Shown here one piece after another: positions 63,901 to 64,000 of a stretch of 64,000 nt of DNA (its first letter is position 1; each line of letters starts with the position of its first letter). Where the stretch lies: positions 34,158-98,157 of the forward strand of contig RDEW01000029.1 in assembly GCA_011109175.1 (NCBI GenBank), in the 5' to 3' direction. Below the pieces are notes generated by a model, which saw only the letters and a program-made list of their open reading frames with translations, ran no database searches and was not told the origin of the DNA. The stretch comes from Dicyema japonicum (lineage: Eukaryota > Animalia > Dicyemida). The translations under genes were made by a program, and so were the position numbers.

Positions 63901-64000
63901 TAAACTCTTGTATGAGCATCCATGTGCAGTGATCTTCGGATTGTGTACGGAATTCCTACTTAGCTCCATGTAGCCCTTGTCCTCTTCCTTGAACAAGTTG

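Noticed and set aside
1-64000. CRISPR arrays, rRNA, tRNA or prokaryotic operons
   Set aside because: None seen. The repeats are tandem duplications without unique spacers, and the genes are spliced eukaryotic genes.

Overview
This is AT-rich eukaryotic (animal) genomic DNA from a draft assembly, with one 397-nt N gap and several single-N joins. I could reconstruct eight host genes by hand. Minus strand: a plasma-membrane Ca2+-ATPase (PMCA), a classical short-chain dehydrogenase, and mitochondrial Ile-tRNA synthetase (IARS2). Plus strand: a divergent intronless POU-homeodomain factor, NSRP1, a WIPI/Atg18 PROPPIN, an I-BAR protein (MTSS1/MIM-like) and a divergent eEF1B-like gene. All 55 introns I inferred are only 21-26 nt long (GT-AG). 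Together with animal-specific genes, this points to a dicyemid mesozoan (inference). The intergenic space is mostly non-LTR retrotransposons: I/Jockey-like, RTE-like and several CRE-like RT+restriction-like-endonuclease elements, one nearly full length. There are also hAT and integrase relics. The most unusual signals are: (i) strong, reading-frame-independent enrichment of the E-box CACGTG inside IARS2 (10 copies) and WIPI (4 copies); (ii) splice rules of the mini-introns, with in-frame stops in 3n introns and frequent AAG/GAG acceptors; (iii) a WIPI with FRRG changed to FCRG; (iv) a three-gene cluster with 25-61 bp spacers; and (v) a 62-nt structured dispersed repeat with an HDV-ribozyme-like helix order. 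Many short tandem duplications are probably assembly artefacts. All gene models are manual and have no transcript support.
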